Virus record (IMG/VR): IMGVR_UViG_3300042482_000702
Coordinates: 258,478 to 322,477 of that record
Strand: one strand, 5' to 3'
DNA length: 64,000 bases
Each line of letters begins with the position of its first letter. Positions within the stretch are counted from its first letter, which is position 1. A model generated the notes under the pieces. It saw nothing but the letters and a program-made list of their open reading frames with translations. It did not search any database and had not been told where the DNA came from. This document shows, piece after piece, positions 51,914 through 62,231 of this stretch. The translations under genes were made by a program, and so were the position numbers.

Positions 51914-52449
51914 ATCTTATTTCTTTTTAAGTAGCCGATTTCCTCTCTTAATAATTGGATATCCTTTGCACCCTGCTCTTGTTGCCATTTAGCACCCATT
52001 AAAAATATATCATATTCTTCCATTTTATAAGGGAACATTCTTTCAGCAGCTTCTTCAAGTGTTTCTTTTTTATGGTCTTGTATCAATTGCTTTATACCTT
52101 TCTTTTTTTCTTCGTTCCAAACTTGTTCTGGTTGAATCTCTTTTTCAGCAAAATACATAAACTCAAGACATTTATACACACTCATTCCACATCTCCAACT
52201 ATCCATAATGTATTCATCGTACTTTTCAAAATCCTCGTCGGTATATTTGTAATTGTCCTCTGTTCGTCTATCTTTTAATCTTATCAAATATTCGTCAAAT
52301 GTTTCATTATACAAACCTAAATCCTCGTCATCGTTCATCATATCAATTAGATGTTGTTTTTGTTCATCTTTAAGTGGAGAATGTTCCCAAGTATTTTGAA
52401 GACCATTTCCTAAATCATCGTATTCCGGATTGTCATAACATTTACTCAT
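51910..52449 (-). CDS. Mosaic hypothetical protein
   Basis: Probable start MSKCYDN; promoter TATCTTTG at 52469-52476; shares a domain with 49741-50166. Confidence 0.7.
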   Translation of the reverse strand: MSKCYDNPEYDDLGNGLQNTWEHSPLKDEQKQHLIDMMNDDEDLGLYNETFDEYLIRLKDRRTEDNYKYTDEDFEKYDEYIMDSWRCGMSVYKCLEFMYFAEKEIQPEQVWNEEKKKGIKQLIQDHKKETLEEAAERMFPYKMEEYDIFLMGAKWQQEQGAKDIQLLREEIGYLKRNKI

Positions 52450-52531
52450 AATTATTTCTTTTATGGGACAAAGATAAACAAAAAACCCCAATAAAAAAAT
52501 TATTGGGGTTAAAAATCATCATTATAATTTA

Positions 52532-54406
52532 TTATTCAGATTTTATCTCTTCAAATTCAACATCAGACACATCAATATCGGATTCTGAACCATCACCTTC
52601 ATTAACACTTGAGTATAAATCTTGAGATATTTGTTGGAACTTTTGAGACAATTCTTCCGACAATACCTTAACATTTTCAATATCTCTACTTGAATGAGCT
52701 TCTTTCAATTTATCCATTGATTCAGTTATTGTTGTTTTTTGTTCTTCAGAAATTTTATCTTCCAAATCCGTCAAAGATTTACCTGTTTGGAAAATCAGGT
52801 TGTCAGCAGAATTTAATGTATCCACATCCTCTTTAAGTTTTTTGTCCGATTCAGCATTTTCTTCAGCCTCCAATTTCATTTTTTCAATTTCCTCTTGAGA
52901 TAATCCTGAAGATGCCTCAATTCTGATTGATTGTGTTTTGTTTGTTGCTTTATCCACAGCGGAAACATTAATAATACCATTCGCATCAATATCAAAAATC
53001 ACTTCAATTTGAGGTGTTCCTCTCATTGCCGGTGGTAACCCATCTAAATGGAATCTACCGATTGTTCTATTGTCTTTTGCCATTGGTCTCTCACCTTGTA
53101 ATACATGGATTTCAACAGATGGTTGGTTATCAACAGCCGTTGAGAACACTTGAGATTTTTTAGTTGGAATTGTGGTGTTAGATTCAATAAGACGAGTTAA
53201 AACTCCCCCCATTGTTTCAATACCTAATGATAGAGGAGTAACATCTAACAATAATACATCTTTCACATCACCAGCCAACACACCACCCTGAATAGCCGCT
53301 CCTAAAGCAACAACCTCATCCGGATTAACACCTTTTGATGGTTCTTTACCGAAGAACTTTTTAACAGCTTCCTGTATTGCAGGGATTCTAGTAGAACCAC
53401 CAACAAGGATAACCTCGTCAATATCAGTAATCTTTAATTTAGCATTTTTCAATGCCGATTTACACGGAGCAATAGTTCGTTTAATCAAATCACTCGCAAG
53501 TTGCTCAAATTTAGCCCTTGTTAATGTCTTCACCAAATGTTTTGGTCCGGTAGCATCAGCACTTAAATAAGGTAAGTTAATTTCTGTTTGAGGAGAAGAA
53601 GATAATTCAACTTTAGCTTTCTCAGCACCTTCTCTTAACCTTTGTAACGCCATTGGGTCTTTTGTAATGTCTAAACCATCATTATCTTTTTTAAATTCAT
53701 CAACTAAAAAGTCAATAATAATTTGGTCAAAGTCATCACCACCTAAATGGGTATCACCATCAGTTGATAGTACTTCAAACACACCACCACCTAATTCAAG
53801 GATGGACACATCATGCGTTCCACCACCACAATCAAACACAACAATTTTACTATCACCTTTTTTATCAATACCATAAGCCAATGCAGAACTTGTAGGTTCA
53901 GATATAATTCTCAAAACATTTAATCCAGCAATTTGACCTGCTTCAATTGTTGCTTGTCTTTGAGAGTCATTAAAATAAGCTGGTACGGTGATAACCGCGT
54001 CAGTGATAGATTCACCAACATAATCTTCAGCAGTTTGTTTCATTTTTTGTAAAATGATTGCTGAAATTTCTTGTGGAGAGTATTCTCTATCGTCAATTTT
54101 AACTCTTGGAGTGTTTCCACTACCTTTAACCACAGAATACGAAACTTTAGATAGTTCATTTACGATACTATCATAGTTAGCTCCCATGAATCGTTTAATT
54201 GATGATATAGTTTTTGTTGGATTGGTAACCGCCTGTCTTTTTGCTGGGTCACCAACTTTTCTTTCTCCATCAGTTAAGAAAGCAACAATTGAAGGTGTTG
54301 TTCTTTTACCTTCGCTATTTGCGATAATTATGGGTTCGCCGCCCTCCATAATGGCACAACACGAGTTTGTTGTGCCTAAATCAATTCCTAGAACTTTTTT
54401 GCTCAT
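52532..54406 (-). CDS. dnaK: Hsp70 chaperone DnaK
   Basis: [22 protein letters not shown]-type [30 protein letters not shown]; full length. Confidence 0.97.
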   Translation of the reverse strand: MSKKVLGIDLGTTNSCCAIMEGGEPIIIANSEGKRTTPSIVAFLTDGERKVGDPAKRQAVTNPTKTISSIKRFMGANYDSIVNELSKVSYSVVKGSGNTPRVKIDDREYSPQEISAIILQKMKQTAEDYVGESITDAVITVPAYFNDSQRQATIEAGQIAGLNVLRIISEPTSSALAYGIDKKGDSKIVVFDCGGGTHDVSILELGGGVFEVLSTDGDTHLGGDDFDQIIIDFLVDEFKKDNDGLDITKDPMALQRLREGAEKAKVELSSSPQTEINLPYLSADATGPKHLVKTLTRAKFEQLASDLIKRTIAPCKSALKNAKLKITDIDEVILVGGSTRIPAIQEAVKKFFGKEPSKGVNPDEVVALGAAIQGGVLAGDVKDVLLLDVTPLSLGIETMGGVLTRLIESNTTIPTKKSQVFSTAVDNQPSVEIHVLQGERPMAKDNRTIGRFHLDGLPPAMRGTPQIEVIFDIDANGIINVSAVDKATNKTQSIRIEASSGLSQEEIEKMKLEAEENAESDKKLKEDVDTLNSADNLIFQTGKSLTDLEDKISEEQKTTITESMDKLKEAHSSRDIENVKVLSEELSQKFQQISQDLYSSVNEGDGSESDIDVSDVEFEEIKSE

Positions 54407-54579
54407 AATTTAATAAGTTTTTTTTTAAGTATATATGTTTATTTTTAATGTGTCAAACACATTTCACATATATTAAAAATTATACCAAATTATTTAACCT
54501 GTCAAAATTACAAAATGAACTGACAAAATGTCAGTAAATAAAAATAGTTATATTAAAAAAAAAGTTATATCTTTGCAGG

Positions 54580-54954
54580 ATGAAATTATTTTTAGACGAC
54601 CACAGAGAACCTTACGATGTGTTTAAAGACACAATTGACCCAATTTATGAAAATAATAATGATTGGAAGGTAGTTAAGGATTATTTAGAATTTGTGGATA
54701 CCATTTTAGAACACGGATTACCGGAAGTAATATCGTTTGACCACGATTTATCTCAAAATCATTATTTACCCGAAAATCAAACAAATATCAGTTATGACAC
54801 CATAAAAGATAGGACAGGATTTGACGCCGCATTATGGTTAATAGGGTATTGTAGAATGAACCATACTGGATTACCAAAAATTAAAGTTCATTCCGCCAAT
54901 GTTGAAGGTAAAAGGAATATTGAGAGATTATTTTTCGGAAACAAAGGCTCTTAA
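54580..54954 (+). CDS. Cyclic-phosphate-processing receiver domain protein, second copy
   Basis: LFLDDHR, ISFDHDL, TGFD, VHSANVEG; promoter TATCTTTG at 54568-54575. Confidence 0.78.
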   Translation: MKLFLDDHREPYDVFKDTIDPIYENNNDWKVVKDYLEFVDTILEHGLPEVISFDHDLSQNHYLPENQTNISYDTIKDRTGFDAALWLIGYCRMNHTGLPKIKVHSANVEGKRNIERLFFGNKGS

Positions 54955-55509
54955 TTTAACTTTATCCCAATTTTTAAAGTCCTCGCCATTATCACCAAGT
55001 TTTAATGTGGACATAGCTCTATGCCATCCTTCAACAATCTCATACTTACCATGTTTATCTATATGAACAATTATTGGTTCGTTTTTACCTGTTGGGGTGG
55101 CTAGTTCTCTTTGTATTTCCATCCTTTCTTTATCGTCCTTAACAAAATAAGCATCAACTTCACCAAATTCTCTCTCAATGAAGGAGTTTATATTGTTTTC
55201 AACAAAATCTTCAGGATTAACTGTAATTATCTGTAATTTCCACGGACCTTTTAAATAGTTATAAATCATTTTACCTAAAAAAGGTATTGGGTCTCCGTGA
55301 TATTGTCCCATCACGGTTTTATAACTCTCCTCATCACCACATAAAACATTTGTTACAAATTCTTTTAAGATATATTCCGGAGTATTTGGGAACTCTTTTT
55401 TGAATCTATTATAAAATGATTTACATACTGAAGATGTTGGTTTATAGAGGGGGATTGATTGGATATCCTCCCATAATTTATATTGTTGTTCCGTTATTAT
55501 TATTTTCAT
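54928..55509 (-). CDS. Tagged protein with ParB/Srx-like domain
   Basis: MKIIITEQQY N-terminus; EPIIV..YEIVEGWHR. Confidence 0.7.
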   Translation of the reverse strand: MKIIITEQQYKLWEDIQSIPLYKPTSSVCKSFYNRFKKEFPNTPEYILKEFVTNVLCGDEESYKTVMGQYHGDPIPFLGKMIYNYLKGPWKLQIITVNPEDFVENNINSFIEREFGEVDAYFVKDDKERMEIQRELATPTGKNEPIIVHIDKHGKYEIVEGWHRAMSTLKLGDNGEDFKNWDKVKLRAFVSEK

Positions 55510-55510
55510 A

Positions 55511-55816
55511 TTAAACTTGTTCTACTCTGTAACATTTTTTACCTCTAAACCCAAACTTTTTATTAGCCCATTCTAATAATAAATCACTAACCTCATCATT
55601 ATCAAATCCAAACATATTACGAATAAAATCCCATATATCATGTTTAACACGTAAAGTTTTAGTTCTACTAATATAAGACATCTTAAACATTCCTTTATCC
55701 GCAACAAAAATGTCTTCATATTCAGGGTATCTTAATAATTCTAAATTGGGATAATCATTCTCTAACCATTTAATAGCGATTTGACTTCTTTTGCTCTCTG
55801 TTATTAATATTTTCAT
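55511..55816 (-). CDS. Tagged hypothetical protein
   Basis: MKILITES N-terminus. Confidence 0.7.
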   Translation of the reverse strand: MKILITESKRSQIAIKWLENDYPNLELLRYPEYEDIFVADKGMFKMSYISRTKTLRVKHDIWDFIRNMFGFDNDEVSDLLLEWANKKFGFRGKKCYRVEQV

Positions 55817-56172
55817 CACCACGCTTTACAGCTCCAAAACTTTGCGGAAGTTTTTGGACCAGGATTTTTACAATTATGTCTTGCTCTAAAAGATTTACGA
55901 TGTTTGGGACTTTGAACTTTAATTCTCATATTAGGGTCACCAAAATTAACCTTAACAACATTTCCTTTTGCGTTCTTAACATATACCGAGCGTTTTTTAG
56001 GTCCGTCAGGTGTTAAAAATGGTTTATTAAGGGTCACTTTTCGTCCCTGATATTCAGCTTCAGTTAGTAAATCACCAACAACAAAGTTAGTTTCTTCAAC
56101 GGAGCCATAAAAACTATCGTCTAATTCATTAAACAATTTTTCGTACTGAGATTCTGTTATTATTATTTTCAT
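55816..56172 (-). CDS. Tagged basic protein
   Basis: MKIIITESQY N-terminus; internal LLTE; basic C-domain ending RKSFRARHNC..FWSCKAW. Confidence 0.75.
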   Translation of the reverse strand: MKIIITESQYEKLFNELDDSFYGSVEETNFVVGDLLTEAEYQGRKVTLNKPFLTPDGPKKRSVYVKNAKGNVVKVNFGDPNMRIKVQSPKHRKSFRARHNCKNPGPKTSAKFWSCKAW

Positions 56173-56173
56173 A

Positions 56174-56632
56174 TTACATTCTATTTTTTATATCGTTTAA
56201 CATACTTTCATCAAATTCAACTCCGTGTCTTTCTTGAAAATGACTTAACAATAATCTAATTGGTTCATAATACCCTTTATCTTGTAATAGTATATACGCT
56301 CCCAAATCAGCTTCTAATTCATCTTTATTATCTCTAGGCCCATCGTGTCCTAATAACACATGAGTAATTTCATGAGCCTCAATAAATTTTAAAATATCTG
56401 TAGCATCTGGTTGTCCCACCAATATCTCACCATCAATAATGATTAAATTTTTACCAGGAACCATAAACCCAAACCCATACTCTTCAAAATATTCTTTAAC
56501 CTGTTCATATAATGGGTCGTCTTCAAACACAACAACAACTGTCACACCTTCTAAAAATTCGCTGGTGTATTCCAATTGGGTGTCTTCTTTAATTATTGTT
56601 CTATATTGAGATTCTGTTATTATTAATTTCAT
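56174..56632 (-). CDS. Tagged HExxH metallopeptidase-like protein
   Basis: Probable start MKLIITESQY at 56632; AHEITHVLLGH..ELEAD. Confidence 0.72.
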   Translation of the reverse strand: MKLIITESQYRTIIKEDTQLEYTSEFLEGVTVVVVFEDDPLYEQVKEYFEEYGFGFMVPGKNLIIIDGEILVGQPDATDILKFIEAHEITHVLLGHDGPRDNKDELEADLGAYILLQDKGYYEPIRLLLSHFQERHGVEFDESMLNDIKNRM

Positions 56633-56636
56633 GTTT

Positions 56637-57791
56637 TTACCATTTATAATTATCCTCGCCAAACATAATTACAAAATCCGCCAATACAAGGTTTAATTTT
56701 GGAAATTTTTTATTAAGCATATTAAGAAATAATTTATTACTTAATTGAGCCATACCATTATAATAATTAATATTATTTTGTCTAAGAATATCACCTATTG
56801 ACTTGAATATTATTGTAAGTTGATTGCCTTGAATTACAAATTTTTTATTATACTCATCAATATTTGATTTAAACCATCTACGTCCATTATCTAATTCATC
56901 ATCTAATGTTATGTTATTAACAATATCATTTAAAATATATTTAATACCTTTTATTGTATTTTTTTCATCATCTGTTATCTCTAAACCTAATTTTTCTTTA
57001 TAATAAATTGGTATTAACTTTTCACTTAACCCTTTTTTTAGTAAAAATTTAGTTAAATTAAGAAATAATTTACTTTCACTAACGTCATCATCATTTTTAT
57101 TCATAAATTGACCAGAATCATAGTGAAATTGATAAGGTGATAATGGGTCACCCATATTATAAAAAACATAATAGGATGAACCAGGGGAATCATTAAGATA
57201 TCTCTTAAAACTATCAAATCCTGCCATAGTGCAAATAGATACTATCTGACCTTTATCTCTACCCGAACATTTACCAAGAATCTCTCGATATAAATTCCAA
57301 ACTTCTTTACTATCCTTCACTTCCGGTGGCACTTGAAAAGATTGTAATCCATCAACCATACCCAAATATTTAATACCGACCGATTCTAATTTTTGAATAT
57401 CGTTTGTGCTAATTAAGTTTTTCTTATCGGAAACATCACCTTGTTTGTTATCTTGCTGTTTTATTAAAATATCTTTTGATTTTCTTTCAAACTCAAAAAC
57501 GTCATTTATCGTTTTAATTTGACCTAAATCTTTAATAGGGTAATGTTGTTTAAATTTTTCAAAAACATTAAAGTAATTTTTAAATTTATAAGCATCCTCA
57601 TATTTTATGAAACCGGAACTTAACATTTTCAACAACCATCCAACATAGAATGGTTTTTTTATGTTATTAAGAATTTCGTTAAATTGATTTTCAGGAATTA
57701 ATCCTGAATCAACGTACTTTTCTCTAAACTCTTCTTCGGAATATGCTTCAGTCAGTATCCTATACTGACTTTCGGTTATTATTAATTTCAT
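56637..57791 (-). CDS. Tagged hypothetical protein
   Basis: MKLIITESQY N-terminus; 384 aa. Confidence 0.75.
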   Translation of the reverse strand: MKLIITESQYRILTEAYSEEEFREKYVDSGLIPENQFNEILNNIKKPFYVGWLLKMLSSGFIKYEDAYKFKNYFNVFEKFKQHYPIKDLGQIKTINDVFEFERKSKDILIKQQDNKQGDVSDKKNLISTNDIQKLESVGIKYLGMVDGLQSFQVPPEVKDSKEVWNLYREILGKCSGRDKGQIVSICTMAGFDSFKRYLNDSPGSSYYVFYNMGDPLSPYQFHYDSGQFMNKNDDDVSESKLFLNLTKFLLKKGLSEKLIPIYYKEKLGLEITDDEKNTIKGIKYILNDIVNNITLDDELDNGRRWFKSNIDEYNKKFVIQGNQLTIIFKSIGDILRQNNINYYNGMAQLSNKLFLNMLNKKFPKLNLVLADFVIMFGEDNYKW

Positions 57792-58180
57792 AACTTATTT
57801 ATACCCCCTTTAAAAGTTGATTGAGCGTTTTCATCGTATGTTTTATTAAACCACTCTAATAAATCATTCTCAAACCACATTGAATATTGTTTAGCTCTAT
57901 TATGAATTTTTGTATTAACATATAACCTATTCGGTGCTTCAGAACCTACTTCACCAACACCGGATTTCCAATCAGATGGTGAATCAATTATTAAAGTAAA
58001 AAATATTTCATTTGTTTTTGGGTCATAATATCTACGAGTAACACCTCTTACCGAACTTTTAATTCTATTTATTTTTAAATTTCCAATATTTGGATATCTG
58101 ATTTTTAAAAATGTGTCAAAGTCCGGTTTATCATTTTCAACCAATTTTTGATATTGTGATTCTGTTATAATTAATTTCAT
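57788..58180 (-). CDS. Tagged hypothetical protein
   Basis: MKLIITESQY N-terminus; TATTTAT at 58185-58191. Confidence 0.75.
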   Translation of the reverse strand: MKLIITESQYQKLVENDKPDFDTFLKIRYPNIGNLKINRIKSSVRGVTRRYYDPKTNEIFFTLIIDSPSDWKSGVGEVGSEAPNRLYVNTKIHNRAKQYSMWFENDLLEWFNKTYDENAQSTFKGGINKL

Positions 58181-59308
58181 ATTGATAAATACTTTGAATT
58201 ATTTTTGATTCCAACCAAGTTGGGGATAATTACCGGTTGTTATTATATTACCATTAGTATTTTTACTTTTTAGTCCATAAAAAACTTCGTGATTTATTTC
58301 GTGATAAGTTTTAGTGGTATATGATATTCTAACTAATTTTATATTATTATTTTGACAATACGAGTTTTTTTCTTTGTCACTATTAATTCGTTTTCTAAAT
58401 TCTTCTTCACCACCAAAATATTCGTTTGATTGAAAATGTTGTTTCCCATCATATTCAAATATGATACCGGTTTCAGGTATGTAAAACCCTTCATTTTTAC
58501 CAACCATATAATTATTTTCATTATACGGTAGAAAAATATCAAATTTATAAAACTTACAAGTTAAACTATTTTTACAATCTTTATATGTATGTTGACCTTG
58601 TCGTGGAATATCTTTGAACCCCAAATTTTCTAATGTATCTCTAATTGCTTTTTCACCCCACCATTCTCTTAATTTTCCTAATTTTTTTTGTATTTCATAA
58701 ATTTGGTCTAAAACATTTTGAAATTTTCCAGTTTTATCGGATTTTTTATTATTATGGAACCAAATATAAGTATCACGGGTAAATTCACCACCATTTTTTA
58801 CGTGATTTAAAATTTGCTCAATTTTTTTATTTTCTAATTCTTCCTGTATTTTTGTAATTTGGTCTAAACCATTTTGAAATTTTCCGGTTTTATCGTATAA
58901 TATTTTACTATATAACCAAAGATAATTATTGTCTTTATTATCACGTTTAAATTCACCACCATTTTTTACGTGATTTAAAATTTCCTCAATTTTTTCATTT
59001 TCTAATTCAATCTTAATTTCCTTAATTTGGTTTAAAGCGTTTTGAAATTTTTGTTCTTCGGTTTTATCGGATTTTTTTTTATTATATAACCACTTATAAT
59101 AATCGTCTTTTGCCCTATTACGTATAAATTCACCACCATTTCTTACGTGATTTAAAATTTCCTCAATTTTTGCATCAATTTCTTCAGGAGTTTCTTTTGG
59201 TTTTCCACCCTCATTAATCTTACCAAACACAACATCTCTCGGTTTATTAACCAATGTCCTATACTGACTTTCTGTTATTCTAATTTTCATATTGATAAAT
59301 ACTTTGAA
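58175..59308. repeat. 24-nt direct repeat (promoter + start codon) flanking the endonuclease gene
   Basis: TTTCATATTGATAAATACTTTGAA at 58175-58198 and 59285-59308. Confidence 0.85.
58199..59290 (-). CDS. Tagged PD-(D/E)xK (Vsr/DUF559-like) endonuclease with three ~50-aa repeats
   Basis: MKIRITESQY; KIEEILNHV.NGGEF x3; GEKAI..FDIFL..FEYDGKQH..FGG..DKEKN.YC..NNIKLVRI. Confidence 0.8.
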   Translation of the reverse strand: MKIRITESQYRTLVNKPRDVVFGKINEGGKPKETPEEIDAKIEEILNHVRNGGEFIRNRAKDDYYKWLYNKKKSDKTEEQKFQNALNQIKEIKIELENEKIEEILNHVKNGGEFKRDNKDNNYLWLYSKILYDKTGKFQNGLDQITKIQEELENKKIEQILNHVKNGGEFTRDTYIWFHNNKKSDKTGKFQNVLDQIYEIQKKLGKLREWWGEKAIRDTLENLGFKDIPRQGQHTYKDCKNSLTCKFYKFDIFLPYNENNYMVGKNEGFYIPETGIIFEYDGKQHFQSNEYFGGEEEFRKRINSDKEKNSYCQNNNIKLVRISYTTKTYHEINHEVFYGLKSKNTNGNIITTGNYPQLGWNQK

Positions 59309-59338
59309 ATTATGTATCTTTACACAAAACTATAAATT

Positions 59339-60043
59339 ATGATAAAAAATACAACCCCTTACATCGGAAAAATCAGTTTAAAACTTGAAAAATACCCTGA
59401 ATACTCCGGGAAATCAAAATTAAACAAAATTCACTTGGATTTAGGTTTTACAAAATTGGTTTCAAGAATCACACCCAAAAGAGATTTAGCTGGATGGATA
59501 GTTAATCCGGAATGTGTTCATAAAATTAATAATTACACTGGTGGTGTTATTAAAGAACACTCTTTTGGAGATATAGACGAATATTCCCTACCAAATTCAT
59601 TCTTATCAAAAGAAGGTGATTATATTGGTGATATAGAGCGTGGTTGGTGGTATTACCAAAATAATATGGTGATTTGCGATGAATACCCTAGAGGAGTTGC
59701 CAAAATAATTAATGAAGTCACTTATGTTAATCACCATTTATTTCCTGAAATAGAAGGTTATTACGGATATACTCATAGAGGTGGTCAAACATTTAAACTT
59801 GGTGATAGATTATTTGACGCTTCTTACGAACCAAAAGAAGAAGATTATGAAGAGTGGGAATGGACTGGTTGGGAATATAAGTATCTTGAATTATATGGTA
59901 AATCTGACGCATTAGATAAAAAATGGATGAGAGAATCCGGCATTTCTTATGTAATCCCATTTAAAAAACGAGGTAAAAAAGTAATTGAAACTTTGGAAGA
60001 AGCTTTACAAGCGGCAATCAATATGTCAAATGAATTGTCTTAA
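59339..60043 (+). CDS. Hypothetical protein
   Basis: 234-aa ORF, aromatic-rich. Confidence 0.75.
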   Translation: MIKNTTPYIGKISLKLEKYPEYSGKSKLNKIHLDLGFTKLVSRITPKRDLAGWIVNPECVHKINNYTGGVIKEHSFGDIDEYSLPNSFLSKEGDYIGDIERGWWYYQNNMVICDEYPRGVAKIINEVTYVNHHLFPEIEGYYGYTHRGGQTFKLGDRLFDASYEPKEEDYEEWEWTGWEYKYLELYGKSDALDKKWMRESGISYVIPFKKRGKKVIETLEEALQAAINMSNELS

Positions 60044-60121
60044 AAACAAAAAACCCCTGAAATGGGGGTTTGTTTTAATATTAATTCACATAGAAAAAAC
60101 CATTCTGTTGGAGGAGTAATA

Positions 60122-60544
60122 TTATTGTTGTTTTCGTCTCGCAACCAATTGGGGAAGAATTGGTTGTTCCGGAAAACCACTGCCACGTTTTGAAAATTTA
60201 TCGGAATGAATTTTATTAATTCGTTCCTCTATTCTTGGAACAAACCGACAATATTGATGAGGTTGGTCATCATATAGATAATTTTTACAATAATCTTTGG
60301 CAATGGACAACAATATTTCTGTGTCCGCTAATAATTTACGTAAATCGCTTTTTTCAAAATCATTATAATCTGTCCGAGCTTTATTGAGTTTTTCTCCATG
60401 AGAAGTCCAATCTTCATCAGACATTTTATCCATTTGTTCGGGGCTTAATGTCCCAAATCCATCACTATCAAATGGGGCCTCATTTATTATTTTCTTAACC
60501 AAACTCGTTAAGTCCGATTCAGATAATCTTACAACTTTTTTCAT
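60122..60544 (-). CDS. Tagged hypothetical protein (MKKVVRLSESDL)
   Basis: N-terminus matches 41934-42311; TATTTAT at 60561-60567. Confidence 0.75.
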   Translation of the reverse strand: MKKVVRLSESDLTSLVKKIINEAPFDSDGFGTLSPEQMDKMSDEDWTSHGEKLNKARTDYNDFEKSDLRKLLADTEILLSIAKDYCKNYLYDDQPHQYCRFVPRIEERINKIHSDKFSKRGSGFPEQPILPQLVARRKQQ

Positions 60545-60618
60545 AATATAATATTTTATAAATAAATATCTTTTTTTTTTTCAAAAGTTTTTTTTTTGAG
60601 GCTGGGATATTTATTTGT

Positions 60619-61512
60619 ATGAACTTACAAGAACAGACAAATAGGATTAAAGAGATAATGGGTGTTATTTCTGAAAATGATAATTTTATTAAAACTATCA
60701 AAAATTTTGGGATACCCGATACCATCAAATATGTTGGCAGTTATGATTTATTTAAACAAAGTAAATTTTTTGATTCTGTTTTTAAAATGGTTGATGATTT
60801 ATTAAAAGATTTTACTGATTTAATAATTGTGGATAATTATTCTGACGGTAATTATGACGATAAAAATTCATCAAGAGCGGTTGCTTATGGTGAGGGACAT
60901 AATGATTTTAAAATTAAACCCGGGTATGTATATTTTGATTGGTATAAATCCCCCATGAATAAACCAACAGCTACGTTGAGTGTGGATGAAAAATTATCTG
61001 ATGTGTTAAGTTCATTGGATTTACCGGATAATCTTATGAAAGATATTTTGGTTAAATGGGTTAATAAATATTACGATAATATCCCCCCAATCGACAATGT
61101 GAAGTATGGTAAAGTTCTTGGTTATGGGAATGATGAAACTGATGACCATAGTTCTCTGATACCACCACCTCATATCCCTTTTGATGATAATATTCCATCA
61201 AGAAAAATAACTGAAGATGAAATTATTGAACTTTTAAAAGATGCTGCGGAAAAATTTCCTAAAGAAAATTGTGATGATTTAATGGATTGGATGAATATTG
61301 TGTTTACTTATGTTGAAGATTACATTGATGATAATAATATTGATACCGAAATTAAAAATAAATCAATATTTAGTTTGAATTCCGATAATCTTAGAAAAAA
61401 ATATGATTATGTTTTAAGGGATATCTGGGGACCTGATGATGATTATCCATTTTTGGATGACGTTAGAGATTTTGATATGGGTAACTCTTTAAATCATCTA
61501 CGAAATAATTAA
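60619..61512 (+). CDS. Tagged acidic protein
   Basis: MNLQEQTNRIKEIMG N-terminus; TATTTAT at 60608-60614. Confidence 0.75.
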   Translation: MNLQEQTNRIKEIMGVISENDNFIKTIKNFGIPDTIKYVGSYDLFKQSKFFDSVFKMVDDLLKDFTDLIIVDNYSDGNYDDKNSSRAVAYGEGHNDFKIKPGYVYFDWYKSPMNKPTATLSVDEKLSDVLSSLDLPDNLMKDILVKWVNKYYDNIPPIDNVKYGKVLGYGNDETDDHSSLIPPPHIPFDDNIPSRKITEDEIIELLKDAAEKFPKENCDDLMDWMNIVFTYVEDYIDDNNIDTEIKNKSIFSLNSDNLRKKYDYVLRDIWGPDDDYPFLDDVRDFDMGNSLNHLRNN

Positions 61513-61555
61513 CAAATAAAAAACCCCTTCTTTACAGAGGGGGGTTTATTTTTAA

Positions 61556-62215
61556 TTAAAAATTATCATCTTCATTAAAATCTGATTCAACATACCTTGA
61601 AAGGATATAATCACCATAATTATCTTTTATCAATTCCTCAAGTTCGTCATAATTGTTGTCTTCATAGTTATAATTTGTTAAATCATCAATAACCCAAGAA
61701 ATAATATTGTCAGCAAATTCAAATTCATCACCAAAATATGTTCCTTCTTCTTCTACTTCATTAATATATTTTTCAATAAGGGATTCAATAATTTCTTCTT
61801 CATCTAAATCATTATCTTGCTCAAATAAATTATCGTCTTTTTCTTCATTAAAATCACCTTCTTCGTAATCAAAATCACCTATTTCAGTTCCTCCAAATTT
61901 TGCTCCATAAGGTATATCTGTTGGATGATATTCAAACCCTAATTCTTCTCCGTGTTCGCTTGGATGATATCCTACTCCGTGTTTATAAGTCCCAACAACT
62001 TTACCGGTGTCAGAATGTTTTACTATTCTTTCAGGTCGTTCTTTTTCCGTATTAAGATTTAATTTTTCACCATCCCATAAATCTTCATCTAATTCAGTAT
62101 CTAAATAACCTTCAGTGGTGTAATCATAATTTTGTTCTGAAATAACTCTTCCTGCTTTATACCCAAAAAGGTATTTCATATTTTTAATATCTTCGTTAAT
62201 TAATTTCTTATCCAT
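61556..62215 (-). CDS. Tagged highly acidic protein
   Basis: MDKKLINEDIKNMKYLFGY..VISEQ N-terminus. Confidence 0.75.
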   Translation of the reverse strand: MDKKLINEDIKNMKYLFGYKAGRVISEQNYDYTTEGYLDTELDEDLWDGEKLNLNTEKERPERIVKHSDTGKVVGTYKHGVGYHPSEHGEELGFEYHPTDIPYGAKFGGTEIGDFDYEEGDFNEEKDDNLFEQDNDLDEEEIIESLIEKYINEVEEEGTYFGDEFEFADNIISWVIDDLTNYNYEDNNYDELEELIKDNYGDYILSRYVESDFNEDDNF

Positions 62216-62231
62216 TTTTTAATTGTTTTTA

